Below, one piece after another: positions 27,090-35,867 of a stretch of DNA of 48,134 nt. Position 1 is the first letter of the stretch, and each line of letters begins with the position of its first letter. The DNA is from an uncultured Peptococcaceae bacterium (GTDB taxonomy: Bacteria; Bacillota; Dehalobacteriia; UBA4068; UBA4997). A program made the translations under genes and the position numbers. The stretch lies in the NCBI GenBank assembly GCA_947647555.1, contig CANSKT010000005.1, positions 1 to 48,134 of the forward strand. The letters run 5' to 3'. Under the pieces are notes generated by a model. That model searched no databases. It was not told the DNA's origin and was given only the letters and a program-made list of their open reading frames with translations.

Positions 27090-28106
27090 TCATTGTCCTG
27101 CGGCGGCCTTGTTCAGCCGGTTCATGATGGCGATGCCTAGACCCTGCTCTGGGAAACGCTCGGCCAGCACCAAATCCGCCTGAATTTCATCTGTCCAGCG
27201 CAGGGCGGCGAACAGGTTTTGCGCCACCTGCGCCAAATTTTCACCCAGCAGAAAACAATGCTCTGCCCCGGCCAGACCGGTTAAGCCGTTCATGCTGGCC
27301 AGCACGGCAATGCGCGGCTCGTTTTTGCCCTCGTTCAGCAGTTGCTGATAATATTGCTGATAGGTGGTGAAAATATGTTCCGTCGGGCAAAGCAGTACTT
27401 TGGCTCTGGGCGCATAATGGCGGTATTTCATGCCGGGCGCTTTGGCAATACCACCGTTCACCAGACGCGTTTGTTCCGTCAGACCGGGTAATAAATCTGC
27501 AAGGTCGGCGGCGGTAATCACACCTGGCCGCAGAATGGCCGGCACCGGTGAGGCCAAATCCAGCACAGTGGATTCCAGCCCGGCCAGACATTCGCCGCCG
27601 TTGATGATAAGCGGAATTTTGCCCTGCAAATCATGCCAGACATGTTCCGCTTCGGTGGGGCTGGGACGGCCGCTCAAATTGGCGCTGGGGGCGGCCACCG
27701 CTATTCGCGAGTCCTGCAAAAGCTGCAAAGCGGCCGGGTGCGCCGGCATGCGCAGGCCGACTGTGGCAAGCCCCCCGGTGGTTTCCGGCGGCAGCAAACC
27801 GGGTCGCGCCGGCAGCACCAGCGTCAACGGCCCCGGCCAGAAATCACGCATTATCTGACGCGCCAGCGGCGTAACCTCGGCCAGTTCCTCGGCCTGTTGG
27901 GTCTGGCCGATATGCACAATCAGCGGATTGTCTGACGGCCGCCCCTTAACCTGATATATCTGGCGTACGGCGTTGGCGTTCAGCGCGTCGGCGCCCAGAC
28001 CGTAAACAGTTTCTGTGGGAAAAGCCACCAGCTGGCCGTCTGCCAGCAGCTGTGCGGCGTTGCCCAAATTATAATCCGGAAAATAATCTATAATTCTGGT
28101 TTCCAT
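27090..28106 (-). CDS. sua5: L-threonylcarbamoyladenylate synthase, Sua5 type (YrdC plus SUA5 domains)
   Basis: VAFPTETVYGLGA, KGRPSDNPLIVH, FWPGPLT, APSANLSGRPSPT, APGMKYRHYAP, AIMNRL. Confidence 0.96.
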   Translation of the reverse strand: METRIIDYFPDYNLGNAAQLLADGQLVAFPTETVYGLGADALNANAVRQIYQVKGRPSDNPLIVHIGQTQQAEELAEVTPLARQIMRDFWPGPLTLVLPARPGLLPPETTGGLATVGLRMPAHPAALQLLQDSRIAVAAPSANLSGRPSPTEAEHVWHDLQGKIPLIINGGECLAGLESTVLDLASPVPAILRPGVITAADLADLLPGLTEQTRLVNGGIAKAPGMKYRHYAPRAKVLLCPTEHIFTTYQQYYQQLLNEGKNEPRIAVLASMNGLTGLAGAEHCFLLGENLAQVAQNLFAALRWTDEIQADLVLAERFPEQGLGIAIMNRLNKAAAGQ

Positions 28107-28130
28107 TTTATCGCCCCCAAAAGGCTACTT

Positions 28131-28631
28131 TTAAATTTTGGTATGTATAATTTCCTGATAGTGAAAATCCTGTTCTGCAAACTGGCGGCATAAATCGGCG
28201 TAAAAAGCTACGGCTCCGGCAATTTCTTCTTCCGTAGGGTGGCCTTGGCGTCCGCCGCCGAACAGTGAAACAGGAAAGAAATTATAATATCCGCGGCAGC
28301 CGTATACACCTAAAATAGCTGCTTGTTTAGCATCAGCAATTTCCTTGAGTTTTTTGAAGCGTGCCGCTCCTGGAGCACCAGAAGTGAAAATTATAAAAAT
28401 CCGCTGGTCATTTGGCATATGACGAGCGGCATATTGCAGGATTGGCTTATAAAATTTTTCCATAAAAACGCCGGAGGCAATGCCTACCACGTCATAGTAT
28501 TGCCAGTCAATATTATTGTTGCCTATTTCTCTGACATCAATAAGTTCCACAGGATATTGAGCAGCAATTGCATCTAGCAGTTTTTTGGTGTTGCCCTGAT
28601 GACGTGAGCAGTATATAATGGCAGTTTTCAA
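28131..28631 (-). CDS. Flavodoxin-domain protein
   Basis: IIYCSRHQGNTKKL FMN loop, YDVVGIASG, CRG...GHP; TTG start after GGGGAGG. Confidence 0.85.
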   Translation of the reverse strand: MKTAIIYCSRHQGNTKKLLDAIAAQYPVELIDVREIGNNNIDWQYYDVVGIASGVFMEKFYKPILQYAARHMPNDQRIFIIFTSGAPGAARFKKLKEIADAKQAAILGVYGCRGYYNFFPVSLFGGGRQGHPTEEEIAGAVAFYADLCRQFAEQDFHYQEIIHTKI

Positions 28632-28657
28632 ATAGTTGTCCTCCCCAAATAGGTTTA

Positions 28658-29506
28658 TTATAGTGGTTTGCGTCCCTGTACCCAGCGGTCTAGCCCGGCC
28701 AAATCCTGTCCGGTTTGGATTTCTATAAAACCGGTTTGCTGTAAAAGCTGGCTGACGGCCGCAGCCTGTTCACAGCCAATTTCCAGCAGCAAATAAGCGC
28801 CCGGCCGCAGATAATCAATTACGCCCTCGGCCAGCAGGCGGCGGTAAAAATCCAGACCGTCCACTCCGCCAAAAAGAGCCAGTGCCGGTTCCTGCCGCAC
28901 ATCTTGGGGCAAATCCGCATCATTTTCGATATAGGGCGGATTGCTGACAATTAAATCATATTGCTGCTTGTCCGGAGGGGGCAGGGCGGCCAGCAAATCG
29001 CCGGCGAAAAAAGTAATATCCAGCTGATACTTGGCGGCATTTTGTCTGGCCACGGCCAACGCCGCCGGGCTGATATCGCAGGCGCAGACCTGCATTTGAG
29101 GGCGCTCCGCTTTAAGCGTCAAGGCGTATGCGCCGCTGCCGGTACAGATATCGGCCAGCGCGCCGGGCTGATTTTTCGGCAAAAGCCGCAAGGCCTGTTC
29201 AATGACCGTTTCGCTGTCCCAACGCGGAATTAACACGTCTGGGGTAACAATTAATTCAAAGTCCCAAAAGGGCTGCAAGCCGGTGATGTACTGCAAGGGC
29301 CGGCCGGTGGCGCGTTGCTGCACGGCCAGTTGGATAGCTGCGCACTGCGCCGGGTTCAGGCTGGCGGCATTTTTTTGCACCAGCTGGCGGCGCAATTCGG
29401 CAAAGGAAAGGCCGGTATAATGGCTGCAAAGCCAAAGCAGTTCATGCTCGGCGTTGTCCGGCGGCAGGAGCGGCAGCAACCGGGAAAATAATTCTGGCAG
29501 GGACAT
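28658..29506 (-). CDS. prmC: Release factor glutamine methyltransferase
   Basis: PLQYITG, VLIPR, DICTGSGA, VSNPPYI, EPALALFGGVDGLDFYRR, EIG. Confidence 0.96.
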   Translation of the reverse strand: MSLPELFSRLLPLLPPDNAEHELLWLCSHYTGLSFAELRRQLVQKNAASLNPAQCAAIQLAVQQRATGRPLQYITGLQPFWDFELIVTPDVLIPRWDSETVIEQALRLLPKNQPGALADICTGSGAYALTLKAERPQMQVCACDISPAALAVARQNAAKYQLDITFFAGDLLAALPPPDKQQYDLIVSNPPYIENDADLPQDVRQEPALALFGGVDGLDFYRRLLAEGVIDYLRPGAYLLLEIGCEQAAAVSQLLQQTGFIEIQTGQDLAGLDRWVQGRKPL

Positions 29507-29511
29507 GGGGT

Positions 29512-30579
29512 TTACTCCACGGCTTTCAATTTTTCAGCCTGGTCGGTGGTAATCAGGGCTTCAATGATTTCGTCCAGAAAACCCTGCAAAATGCTGTCCA
29601 GCTTGTGGAGTGTCAGGCCGATGCGGTGGTCGGTGACGCGGCCCTGCGGAAAGTTATAAGTGCGGATACGCTCGGAGCGGTCACCGCTGCCTACCATGCT
29701 TTTGCGCAAATCGGCTTCAGAACCATGTGCTTCCTGTTGCATTTTTTCCAGTACGCGGGCGCGCAGAACTTTTTCTGCTTTTTCCCGGTTTTTATGCTGA
29801 TTTTTTTCGTCCTGACAGCTTACGACAATACCGGTGGGGATATGAGTCAGACGAACGGCGCTTTGTGTGGTGTTAACGCACTGGCCGCCGGGGCCGCTGG
29901 CGCAGAAAAGGTCAACCCGAACATCGCCGGGGGCAAATTCAAGTTCTACTTCCTCGGCTTCCGGCAGTACGGCTACCGTGGCCGCAGAAGTGTGGATACG
30001 CCCGGAAGACTCAGTTTCCGGCACGCGCTGCACGCGGTGTACGCCGCTTTCAAATTTCAGTTTGCTATATGCGCCGCGTCCCTCCAGCAGGATTACCATT
30101 TCCTTGATGCCGCCCAGGTCGGTATAGCTGGAGGAGAGTATATCCTGGCGCCAGCCCATGCGGTCGGCGTAGCGGCTATACATTTTCTGCAAATCGCCGG
30201 CAAAAAGCCCGGCTTCGTCGCCGCCGGTGCCGGCTCGGATTTCCAGAATGACGTTTTTGTCATCGTTGGGGTCTTTCGGCAGCAGCAAAATTTTCAGCTG
30301 CTGCTCCAGCTGGGCGGCGGATTCGCGCTGTTCTTCCAGTTCCTGCTGCGCCAGTTCGCGCAGTTCAGCGTCCTTTTCTTCGTCCAGAATAATTTTCGCA
30401 TCGTCGATTGCCGTTAAAGCGCTGCGATAAGCGCGGTAAGTTTCCACCACCGGCTCCAAATCGGCATGCGCTTTCATCAGCTTCTGCCAGTTGGCCTGGT
30501 CGGCAATGATTTCCGGTTTGGCAATTTCTTCAGTCAGTTCATTATAGCGTTCTTCAAGGGCTTGTAATTTTTCTAACAT
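29512..30579 (-). CDS. prfA: Peptide chain release factor 1
   Basis: [19 protein letters not shown] (PxT motif of RF1), [23 protein letters not shown]. Confidence 0.98.
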   Translation of the reverse strand: MLEKLQALEERYNELTEEIAKPEIIADQANWQKLMKAHADLEPVVETYRAYRSALTAIDDAKIILDEEKDAELRELAQQELEEQRESAAQLEQQLKILLLPKDPNDDKNVILEIRAGTGGDEAGLFAGDLQKMYSRYADRMGWRQDILSSSYTDLGGIKEMVILLEGRGAYSKLKFESGVHRVQRVPETESSGRIHTSAATVAVLPEAEEVELEFAPGDVRVDLFCASGPGGQCVNTTQSAVRLTHIPTGIVVSCQDEKNQHKNREKAEKVLRARVLEKMQQEAHGSEADLRKSMVGSGDRSERIRTYNFPQGRVTDHRIGLTLHKLDSILQGFLDEIIEALITTDQAEKLKAVE

Positions 30580-30674
30580 ATTTTTTTCCTCAAAATTATC
30601 TTATTTCTTCCTTATTATATGCATTAAGCAGTTTGGTCACGCTTGGCCGTCGCCTTTTCCTGTTTTAATTTATC

Positions 30675-31592
30675 CTAGCTTATCAGAGTGTGCGGAAGCG
30701 TATTTTTGGCGGCGCCGGGAAAGGCCGGAACCAGCAGCAGAGAGGCCATGGCCACCTCTATCTGGGCGGCGGTGGGTTCTTTGGTGGTGATTTTTTGCAG
30801 CCAAAGACCGGGCGCCGTCAGAACACGTATGATTGGATTGTTGGGGTACTTCAGGGGCAGGCGGAAAACCTCATAGGCGATACCCATTACCAGCGGCATG
30901 GCCACGATTTTGGTTAAAATACGCTGCACAGGATTATAATTGCCGATAAATGTAAAAACAATTATCATCAGCAGCAGGCTCATGAAGATAAAACTGGTGC
31001 CGCAGCGGCAATTCAGGCGCGATTGGCGCTTGATGTTGCTAACGGTCAGGGGCAGGCCGGCCTCCCAGGCGTTGATGGTTTTATGTTCCGCGCCATGATA
31101 TTGGAAGACCCGGGCGATATCCGGCAGGCGGCTGATGGCCAGCACATAGGCCAGAAACAGTCCGATGCGGATTAACCCCTCCAGCAGACTGCGGCCGAAA
31201 GGCCCCACATATTGCAGTGAGAAAGAAGCCAGACAGACCGGCAGTATAACGAAAAAGAGAATGGTTAACAGCAGCGCGCCCACAATGGCCACGGCCATTT
31301 CTTTCCAGCTCATTTGTTCTTCTTCTTCCTCGCCGGACTGAAAGGCCGACCAGGTCAGGGTGCCGAAGCCGATATACATTGACTCGCAAAAGGCCACGAT
31401 GCCGCGCAGCAGCGGCAGTTTCAGCAGCGGTATGCGGTCAGTCAGTTTACGCCGGTGCGTTTGTTTATAGACGATACGGCCGCCGGGCGTGCGCACGGCC
31501 ATGGCGTAACCCTGCGTACCCTGCATCATTACGCCCTCAAGCAGTGCCTGGCCGCCAAAATATTCCGGGACAGGCGTTTTTTTGTTGTTCAT
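30675..31592 (-). CDS. DUF1385-family membrane protein
   Basis: GGQALLEGVMM, PLLRG, EGLIR, FQYHGAEHKTIN, RCGTSF, PGLWLQKITTKEP; usual rpmE-prfA context. Confidence 0.92.
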   Translation of the reverse strand: MNNKKTPVPEYFGGQALLEGVMMQGTQGYAMAVRTPGGRIVYKQTHRRKLTDRIPLLKLPLLRGIVAFCESMYIGFGTLTWSAFQSGEEEEEQMSWKEMAVAIVGALLLTILFFVILPVCLASFSLQYVGPFGRSLLEGLIRIGLFLAYVLAISRLPDIARVFQYHGAEHKTINAWEAGLPLTVSNIKRQSRLNCRCGTSFIFMSLLLMIIVFTFIGNYNPVQRILTKIVAMPLVMGIAYEVFRLPLKYPNNPIIRVLTAPGLWLQKITTKEPTAAQIEVAMASLLLVPAFPGAAKNTLPHTLIS

Positions 31593-31634
31593 ATAAATTA
31601 ACCTCTTTTTTAGGAGTGTGGAATTTAATTATTG

Positions 31635-31669
31635 AAAAACAGGCGGCGAGAAAAAACTCTCACCGCCCG
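31635..31669 (-). terminator. Terminator after rpmE
   Basis: Minus strand GGCGGTGAGA ... TCTCGCCGCC followed by TGTTTTT. Confidence 0.75.
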
Positions 31670-31688
31670 AAAAATGCCGCTCATTGAG

Positions 31689-31892
31689 CTATTTAATGCC
31701 GTATTTTTTCTTGAATTTATCAACCCGGCCGCCGGCTTCTACCATTAAACGCTTGCTGCCGGTGTAGAAGGGATGGCATTTGGAGCAAACTTCCACTTTA
31801 ATCGCTTTGGAAGTGGAGCCTGACATGAATTTGTTGCCACAGGCGCAGGTTACCTCAACCTCCTGATACTGCGGATGAATACCTTCTCTCAT
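31689..31892 (-). CDS. rpmE: 50S ribosomal protein L31 (Zn-binding, type A)
   Basis: [35 protein letters not shown]; SD GAGGTG. Confidence 0.97.
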   Translation of the reverse strand: MREGIHPQYQEVEVTCACGNKFMSGSTSKAIKVEVCSKCHPFYTGSKRLMVEAGGRVDKFKKKYGIK

Positions 31893-31986
31893 TCTGTTCA
31901 CCTCTTTCCGCCTTTGCTTGGGCGTTATCTTAGCCAGCCCAGTCTGTCCGGACTGGAGCTAATCTACATTTTTAATAAGCTTTTCA

Positions 31987-32015
31987 ATTATAGCACAGTT
32001 AAAGGCAGATGTAAA
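31987..32015 (-). promoter_or_regulatory. SigA promoter of rpmE
   Basis: TTTACA - 17 nt - TATAAT with extended -10 TG. Confidence 0.8.
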
Positions 32016-32377
32016 GAGTTTATGACGATTTTTTTTCATATAAGAAACAATTTTTTAGGCGGATTTTTATGCAAATTTTGGCATAAATATAATTTAGCAA
32101 TATTTGGTCTGTGGTGATGGGCCGAGGCAAAAAAAATTTTATATTTTGGCGATTTTTTTTGTAAAAAGACTGGAATTATTTATAATGGAGTGCTATAATT
32201 ATTATACACATGGAGAGGTAGCCCCTGGTGATATTCTGCATGAGTTTTTTTTAGGGTTATTAAATTTTAATATTTTTTCATTATGTTTGGCCGCTTCTGG
32301 GGGTGGCTTCAGCAAAGCGGTTTTTAGAGATGGCTTTTTCAGTAAGGTTTATAATCTGTTAAGAAGAGGGCTTCTTT

Positions 32378-32440
32378 AAAGGGTAAGTTTTTTCCGGGAA
32401 CTTTTTGGCGGCAGCCAGGCCGTAAAAAAATACGGAGGTG
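32378..32440 (+). promoter_or_regulatory. Candidate monovalent-cation (Na+/Li+) riboswitch or translational switch before mrpA
   Basis: GGGTAAG-[hairpin]-GCAGCCAGGCCG overlaps an anti-SD hairpin CCGTA(32420-24)/TACGG(32431-35) that covers the start of SD GGAGG. Resemblance to DUF1646/nhaA motifs is from memory only. Confidence 0.45.
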
Positions 32441-32448
32441 TAGGGAAA

Positions 32449-34917
32449 ATGCTTTTGGGCTTGGTTTTACTCCCCTTTGCAGCGGCTTTTTTAATGCCGT
32501 TGCTCTATAAGATTTTTGGCACAAAAATTGGCTGGGTGGCCACATTGGTACCCCTTTATATTTTTGCGTCATTTTTGTCGTTGTTGCCGCGCGTTAACGC
32601 CGGCGAACAGATTGCCACAACGCTGGCCTGGATTCCCTGGCTGGGCGTGGATTTGGCGGTGCGGTTAGATGGACTTTCGCTGCTTTTTGTTCTATTAATC
32701 AGCGGTATCGGTCTGGCCGTAATGATTTATTCAATTTTTTATTTACATCATGACGAGCGCCTGGGTAATTTTTATACCTTTATTATGCTGTTTATGGGCG
32801 CTATGTTTGGCGTTTGCACATCAACCAATCTGGTGTGCATGTATCTGTTCTGGGAATTAACCTCTGTGTCCTCTTTCCTGCTGATTGGCTTTTGGTATGA
32901 AAAGGATAATCCGCGTTTGGGTGCGCAAAAAGCCTTGCTTTTAACTATGGGCGGCGGCTTTTGTATTCTGGCGGCCATTCTGCTGCTGCAAAGCGTGGCG
33001 GGCAGTTTGAGCATTGACGAACTGCTGGCGGCTAAGGATATTATTCAGGAAAGTTCCCTTTACCCGGTAATAGTGGTGCTGCTGTTAATTGGCGCTTTTG
33101 TAAAAAGCGCGCAGGTGCCGCTGCATATCTGGCTGCCGACTGCTATGGAGGCGCCCACGCCGATTAGCTGTTATCTGCACTCGGCCACGATGGTTAAGGC
33201 CGGTATTTACCTGATTGCCCGTATGACGCCTATTTTGGGCGGCACGGCGCTTTGGGGCGGTATTATTACCGTGGTTGGCCTGACCAGCCTGACCTTTGGT
33301 TCGCTGATGGCTATTCGTCAGTTTGATATGAAAGGTATTTTGGCCTATTCAACAATCAGTCAGCTGGGTCTGATTATTTCACTGTTTGGCTTTGGTACAG
33401 AAGCGGCGATTGCGGCTGGCCTGTTCCATTTGCTGAACCATTCAGCCTTTAAGGGCAGTCTGTTTTTGATGACCGGTATTGTTGACCATCAAACCGGTAC
33501 CCGTGATGTACGTTTGTTAAAAGGTCTGGCAAAGGTGATGCCGATAACGGCGCTGGTTGCCTGTATCGGTTCATTCTCCATGGCCGGTCTGCCGCCGTTT
33601 TCCGGTTTCCTCAGCAAGGAACTCTTTTTAGAGGCCGCGTCGCAGGCGCATGCTTCCAATCTGGCCTTTATGGGCGATTTGGCTTACTTAATTCCATTTG
33701 TGGCCGTGGTTGCCAGCATCTTTACCTTTGTTTATTCGGTTGCCTTATTCTTTAAAATATTTATTGGTAAACAGGTTACCACTACCTCTCCGAAATATCC
33801 CAAGGAAGCAAAATGGGGCATGCTGTTGCCGGCTTTGTGTCTGGTCAGCCTGAACATTATCGTGGCGATTGCTCCGCAGGTGTTTGTTGATAATTTAATC
33901 AGCGGTGCTATTTATACCGTAACGCAGACGCATTATCATCTGCATGTTGCATTCTGGCATGGTCTGACTCCGGCCTTTATTATGACCTGTATTATAATAC
34001 TGTTGGGTCTGGTTGTTTACTTGAATTATGACTGGGTTAAGAACCTGTTCTTGTCCTATCGCAGCAAAATCGGTGCGGAAAGCGCTTATCAGACTTTCCT
34101 GCATGGTCTGCCGGAGGTGGCCGGTAAATTTACTAACTGGCATATCAATGGTAAGCTGAACGATTATATGGCCTGCACGATTAGCGGCGCGTTGCTGTTT
34201 ATTTTGGGTTCAATGATTTATTTCAATGCCTGGAGTAATATTGACATTTCTGATTTGGCGCCGGTGGATTTGCTGGAAATCAGTTTGGCCTTTGTGGCAT
34301 CTATGGCGGCGCTGGGCGTTTGTCTGTTCAAGCGGCGTATCTGGTCAATTCTGGCTTTGAGTGTAGTTGGCTTCTGCGTATCATTCTATTTTGTAATCAT
34401 GCGCGCGCCTGACCTGGCGTTGACCCAGCTGATGGTGGAAACAATCAGTACGGTTTTGTATCTGCTGGTACTTTACAAGCTGCCTTACGGCATGATTGCG
34501 GATAATCCGCCGATGTCTAATGGTCGACGTACCGTAAATGCGCTTTTGGGTGTGTTGGTGGGCTTTATGGCCTGTACGGTAACTTTGCTTGGCCAGGGCT
34601 GCAAATATTTTGATACGATTGCCTGGTATTATAATGAAAATGCTTTGCCGTTGGCCGGCGGTAATAATATTGTAAACGTAACGCTGGTTGACTTCCGTGG
34701 CTTTGATACGATGGGCGAGATTACCGTGCTCAGTCTGGCGGCTATTGGCGTGTTTGTCATGATTAAGCTGGGCCGTGAGCATTTGTATGACCGCCATGGT
34801 ATGCAGCATGACCACCAGACGGCAACTGCCTTTAATGATACTGGTAACGATACGGTGGTAATCCAGACCGATAGCTATTTCCTGGACGAAAATGATTTCC
34901 CGATTAGCCCATTATAA
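32449..34917 (+). CDS. mrpA: Mrp Na+/H+ antiporter subunit A
   Basis: NuoL-like: FWELTSVSSFLLIGFW, KSAQVPLHIWLPTAMEAPTPISCYLHSATMVKAG; RAPDLALTQ; C-terminal GGNNIVNVTLVDFRGFDTMGEI. Confidence 0.96.
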   Translation: MLLGLVLLPFAAAFLMPLLYKIFGTKIGWVATLVPLYIFASFLSLLPRVNAGEQIATTLAWIPWLGVDLAVRLDGLSLLFVLLISGIGLAVMIYSIFYLHHDERLGNFYTFIMLFMGAMFGVCTSTNLVCMYLFWELTSVSSFLLIGFWYEKDNPRLGAQKALLLTMGGGFCILAAILLLQSVAGSLSIDELLAAKDIIQESSLYPVIVVLLLIGAFVKSAQVPLHIWLPTAMEAPTPISCYLHSATMVKAGIYLIARMTPILGGTALWGGIITVVGLTSLTFGSLMAIRQFDMKGILAYSTISQLGLIISLFGFGTEAAIAAGLFHLLNHSAFKGSLFLMTGIVDHQTGTRDVRLLKGLAKVMPITALVACIGSFSMAGLPPFSGFLSKELFLEAASQAHASNLAFMGDLAYLIPFVAVVASIFTFVYSVALFFKIFIGKQVTTTSPKYPKEAKWGMLLPALCLVSLNIIVAIAPQVFVDNLISGAIYTVTQTHYHLHVAFWHGLTPAFIMTCIIILLGLVVYLNYDWVKNLFLSYRSKIGAESAYQTFLHGLPEVAGKFTNWHINGKLNDYMACTISGALLFILGSMIYFNAWSNIDISDLAPVDLLEISLAFVASMAALGVCLFKRRIWSILALSVVGFCVSFYFVIMRAPDLALTQLMVETISTVLYLLVLYKLPYGMIADNPPMSNGRRTVNALLGVLVGFMACTVTLLGQGCKYFDTIAWYYNENALPLAGGNNIVNVTLVDFRGFDTMGEITVLSLAAIGVFVMIKLGREHLYDRHGMQHDHQTATAFNDTGNDTVVIQTDSYFLDENDFPISPL

Positions 34918-34952
34918 GAGCCGGAAACGGATATCAAGGAGGTTAGAGAGTT

Positions 34953-35498
34953 ATGAGTCCTGAAAATCCTAATATGGCCAATCTGGGCGAAGTGCAGCCG
35001 ATTGCGGAAAAACGCAAGGAGCGCATTGAAACCAGCAAGCTTTTGGAGGCTGTGGAAAAAAATTATCAGCCTAAAGGCGGCGGTATTAACAATATTTTGC
35101 TAAAAACCGCTTCTCTGATTTTGATTTGGTTTATCATGTTGACCAGTCTTTATATTCTGGTGGCTGGTCATAATGCCCCGGGCGGTGGCTTTATTGCTGG
35201 CTTGATGGTATCCGGCGGCATGGTTCTGATGTATTTGTGTTTTGGCAAACCTTTTGTTTCCAACACCAGAGTAAATTATCGTCTGTTTTTGCCGATTGGC
35301 CTTTGCTGCGCATTGGGCACCGGTTTGGGTGGGCTTTTTATGGGTAAGCCGTTTTTAACCCATGCCTTTGGTCATGTGCCGTTGCCTTTCTTCGGCGATT
35401 GGGAGCTGACCTCAGCCTCCGTTTTTGACTTCGGTGTTTTTCTGGTGGTTATTGGCACCTGCCTGACAATTATAATGAACATTGGTGAGAACAAATAA
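34953..35498 (+). CDS. mrpB: Mrp antiporter subunit B, with N-terminal extension
   Basis: GHNAPGGGFIAGL, FDFGVFLVVIG. Confidence 0.94.
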   Translation: MSPENPNMANLGEVQPIAEKRKERIETSKLLEAVEKNYQPKGGGINNILLKTASLILIWFIMLTSLYILVAGHNAPGGGFIAGLMVSGGMVLMYLCFGKPFVSNTRVNYRLFLPIGLCCALGTGLGGLFMGKPFLTHAFGHVPLPFFGDWELTSASVFDFGVFLVVIGTCLTIIMNIGENK

Positions 35499-35519
35499 AA
35501 TTTGTAGAGGTCTTGGCTT

Positions 35520-35867
35520 ATGGAACTGTTAATTTCAATTTTAATCGGCATACTGTTCGCCATTGGCACCTATATGATGTTGAGCCGTAAGCTTTTGCGT
35601 ATTATCATCGGTTCAGCGTTTATGTCGCATGGCACGCTGTTAATGCTGATGACTGTGGGCAAACTTAAACGGGGCGCGCCGCCGATTGTGGTGAATGGTG
35701 TGGAAAATCCGGTTTATGTTGACCCAATTCCGCAGGCATTAATTCTGACGGCTATTGTTATTGGCTTTGCCACAACAGCCTTTGCTCTGGTTTTGGCGTA
35801 TCGCTGTTATCAGGAGCTGGGTGTGGACGATACTGAACGAATGAGGGGTAATTTTGATGAGCACTAA
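35520..35867 (+). CDS. mrpC: Mrp antiporter subunit C
   Basis: LLRIIIG, DPIPQALILTAIVIGFA. Confidence 0.95.
   Translation: MELLISILIGILFAIGTYMMLSRKLLRIIIGSAFMSHGTLLMLMTVGKLKRGAPPIVVNGVENPVYVDPIPQALILTAIVIGFATTAFALVLAYRCYQELGVDDTERMRGNFDEH

Noticed and set aside
28131-28631. Flavodoxin gene between prmC and sua5 as a mobile element
   Set aside because: Somewhat AT-richer than its neighbours, but no terminal repeats, target duplication or recombinase are visible.
30624-30677. Pyrrolysine or genome-wide UAG recoding
   Set aside because: purA, rpmE and mrpF end at TAG in plausible positions, and no pyl genes are in the window.
32104-32379. 91-aa ORF upstream of mrpA
   Set aside because: AT-rich Phe/Leu-biased sequence spanning the promoter and leader; no SD.
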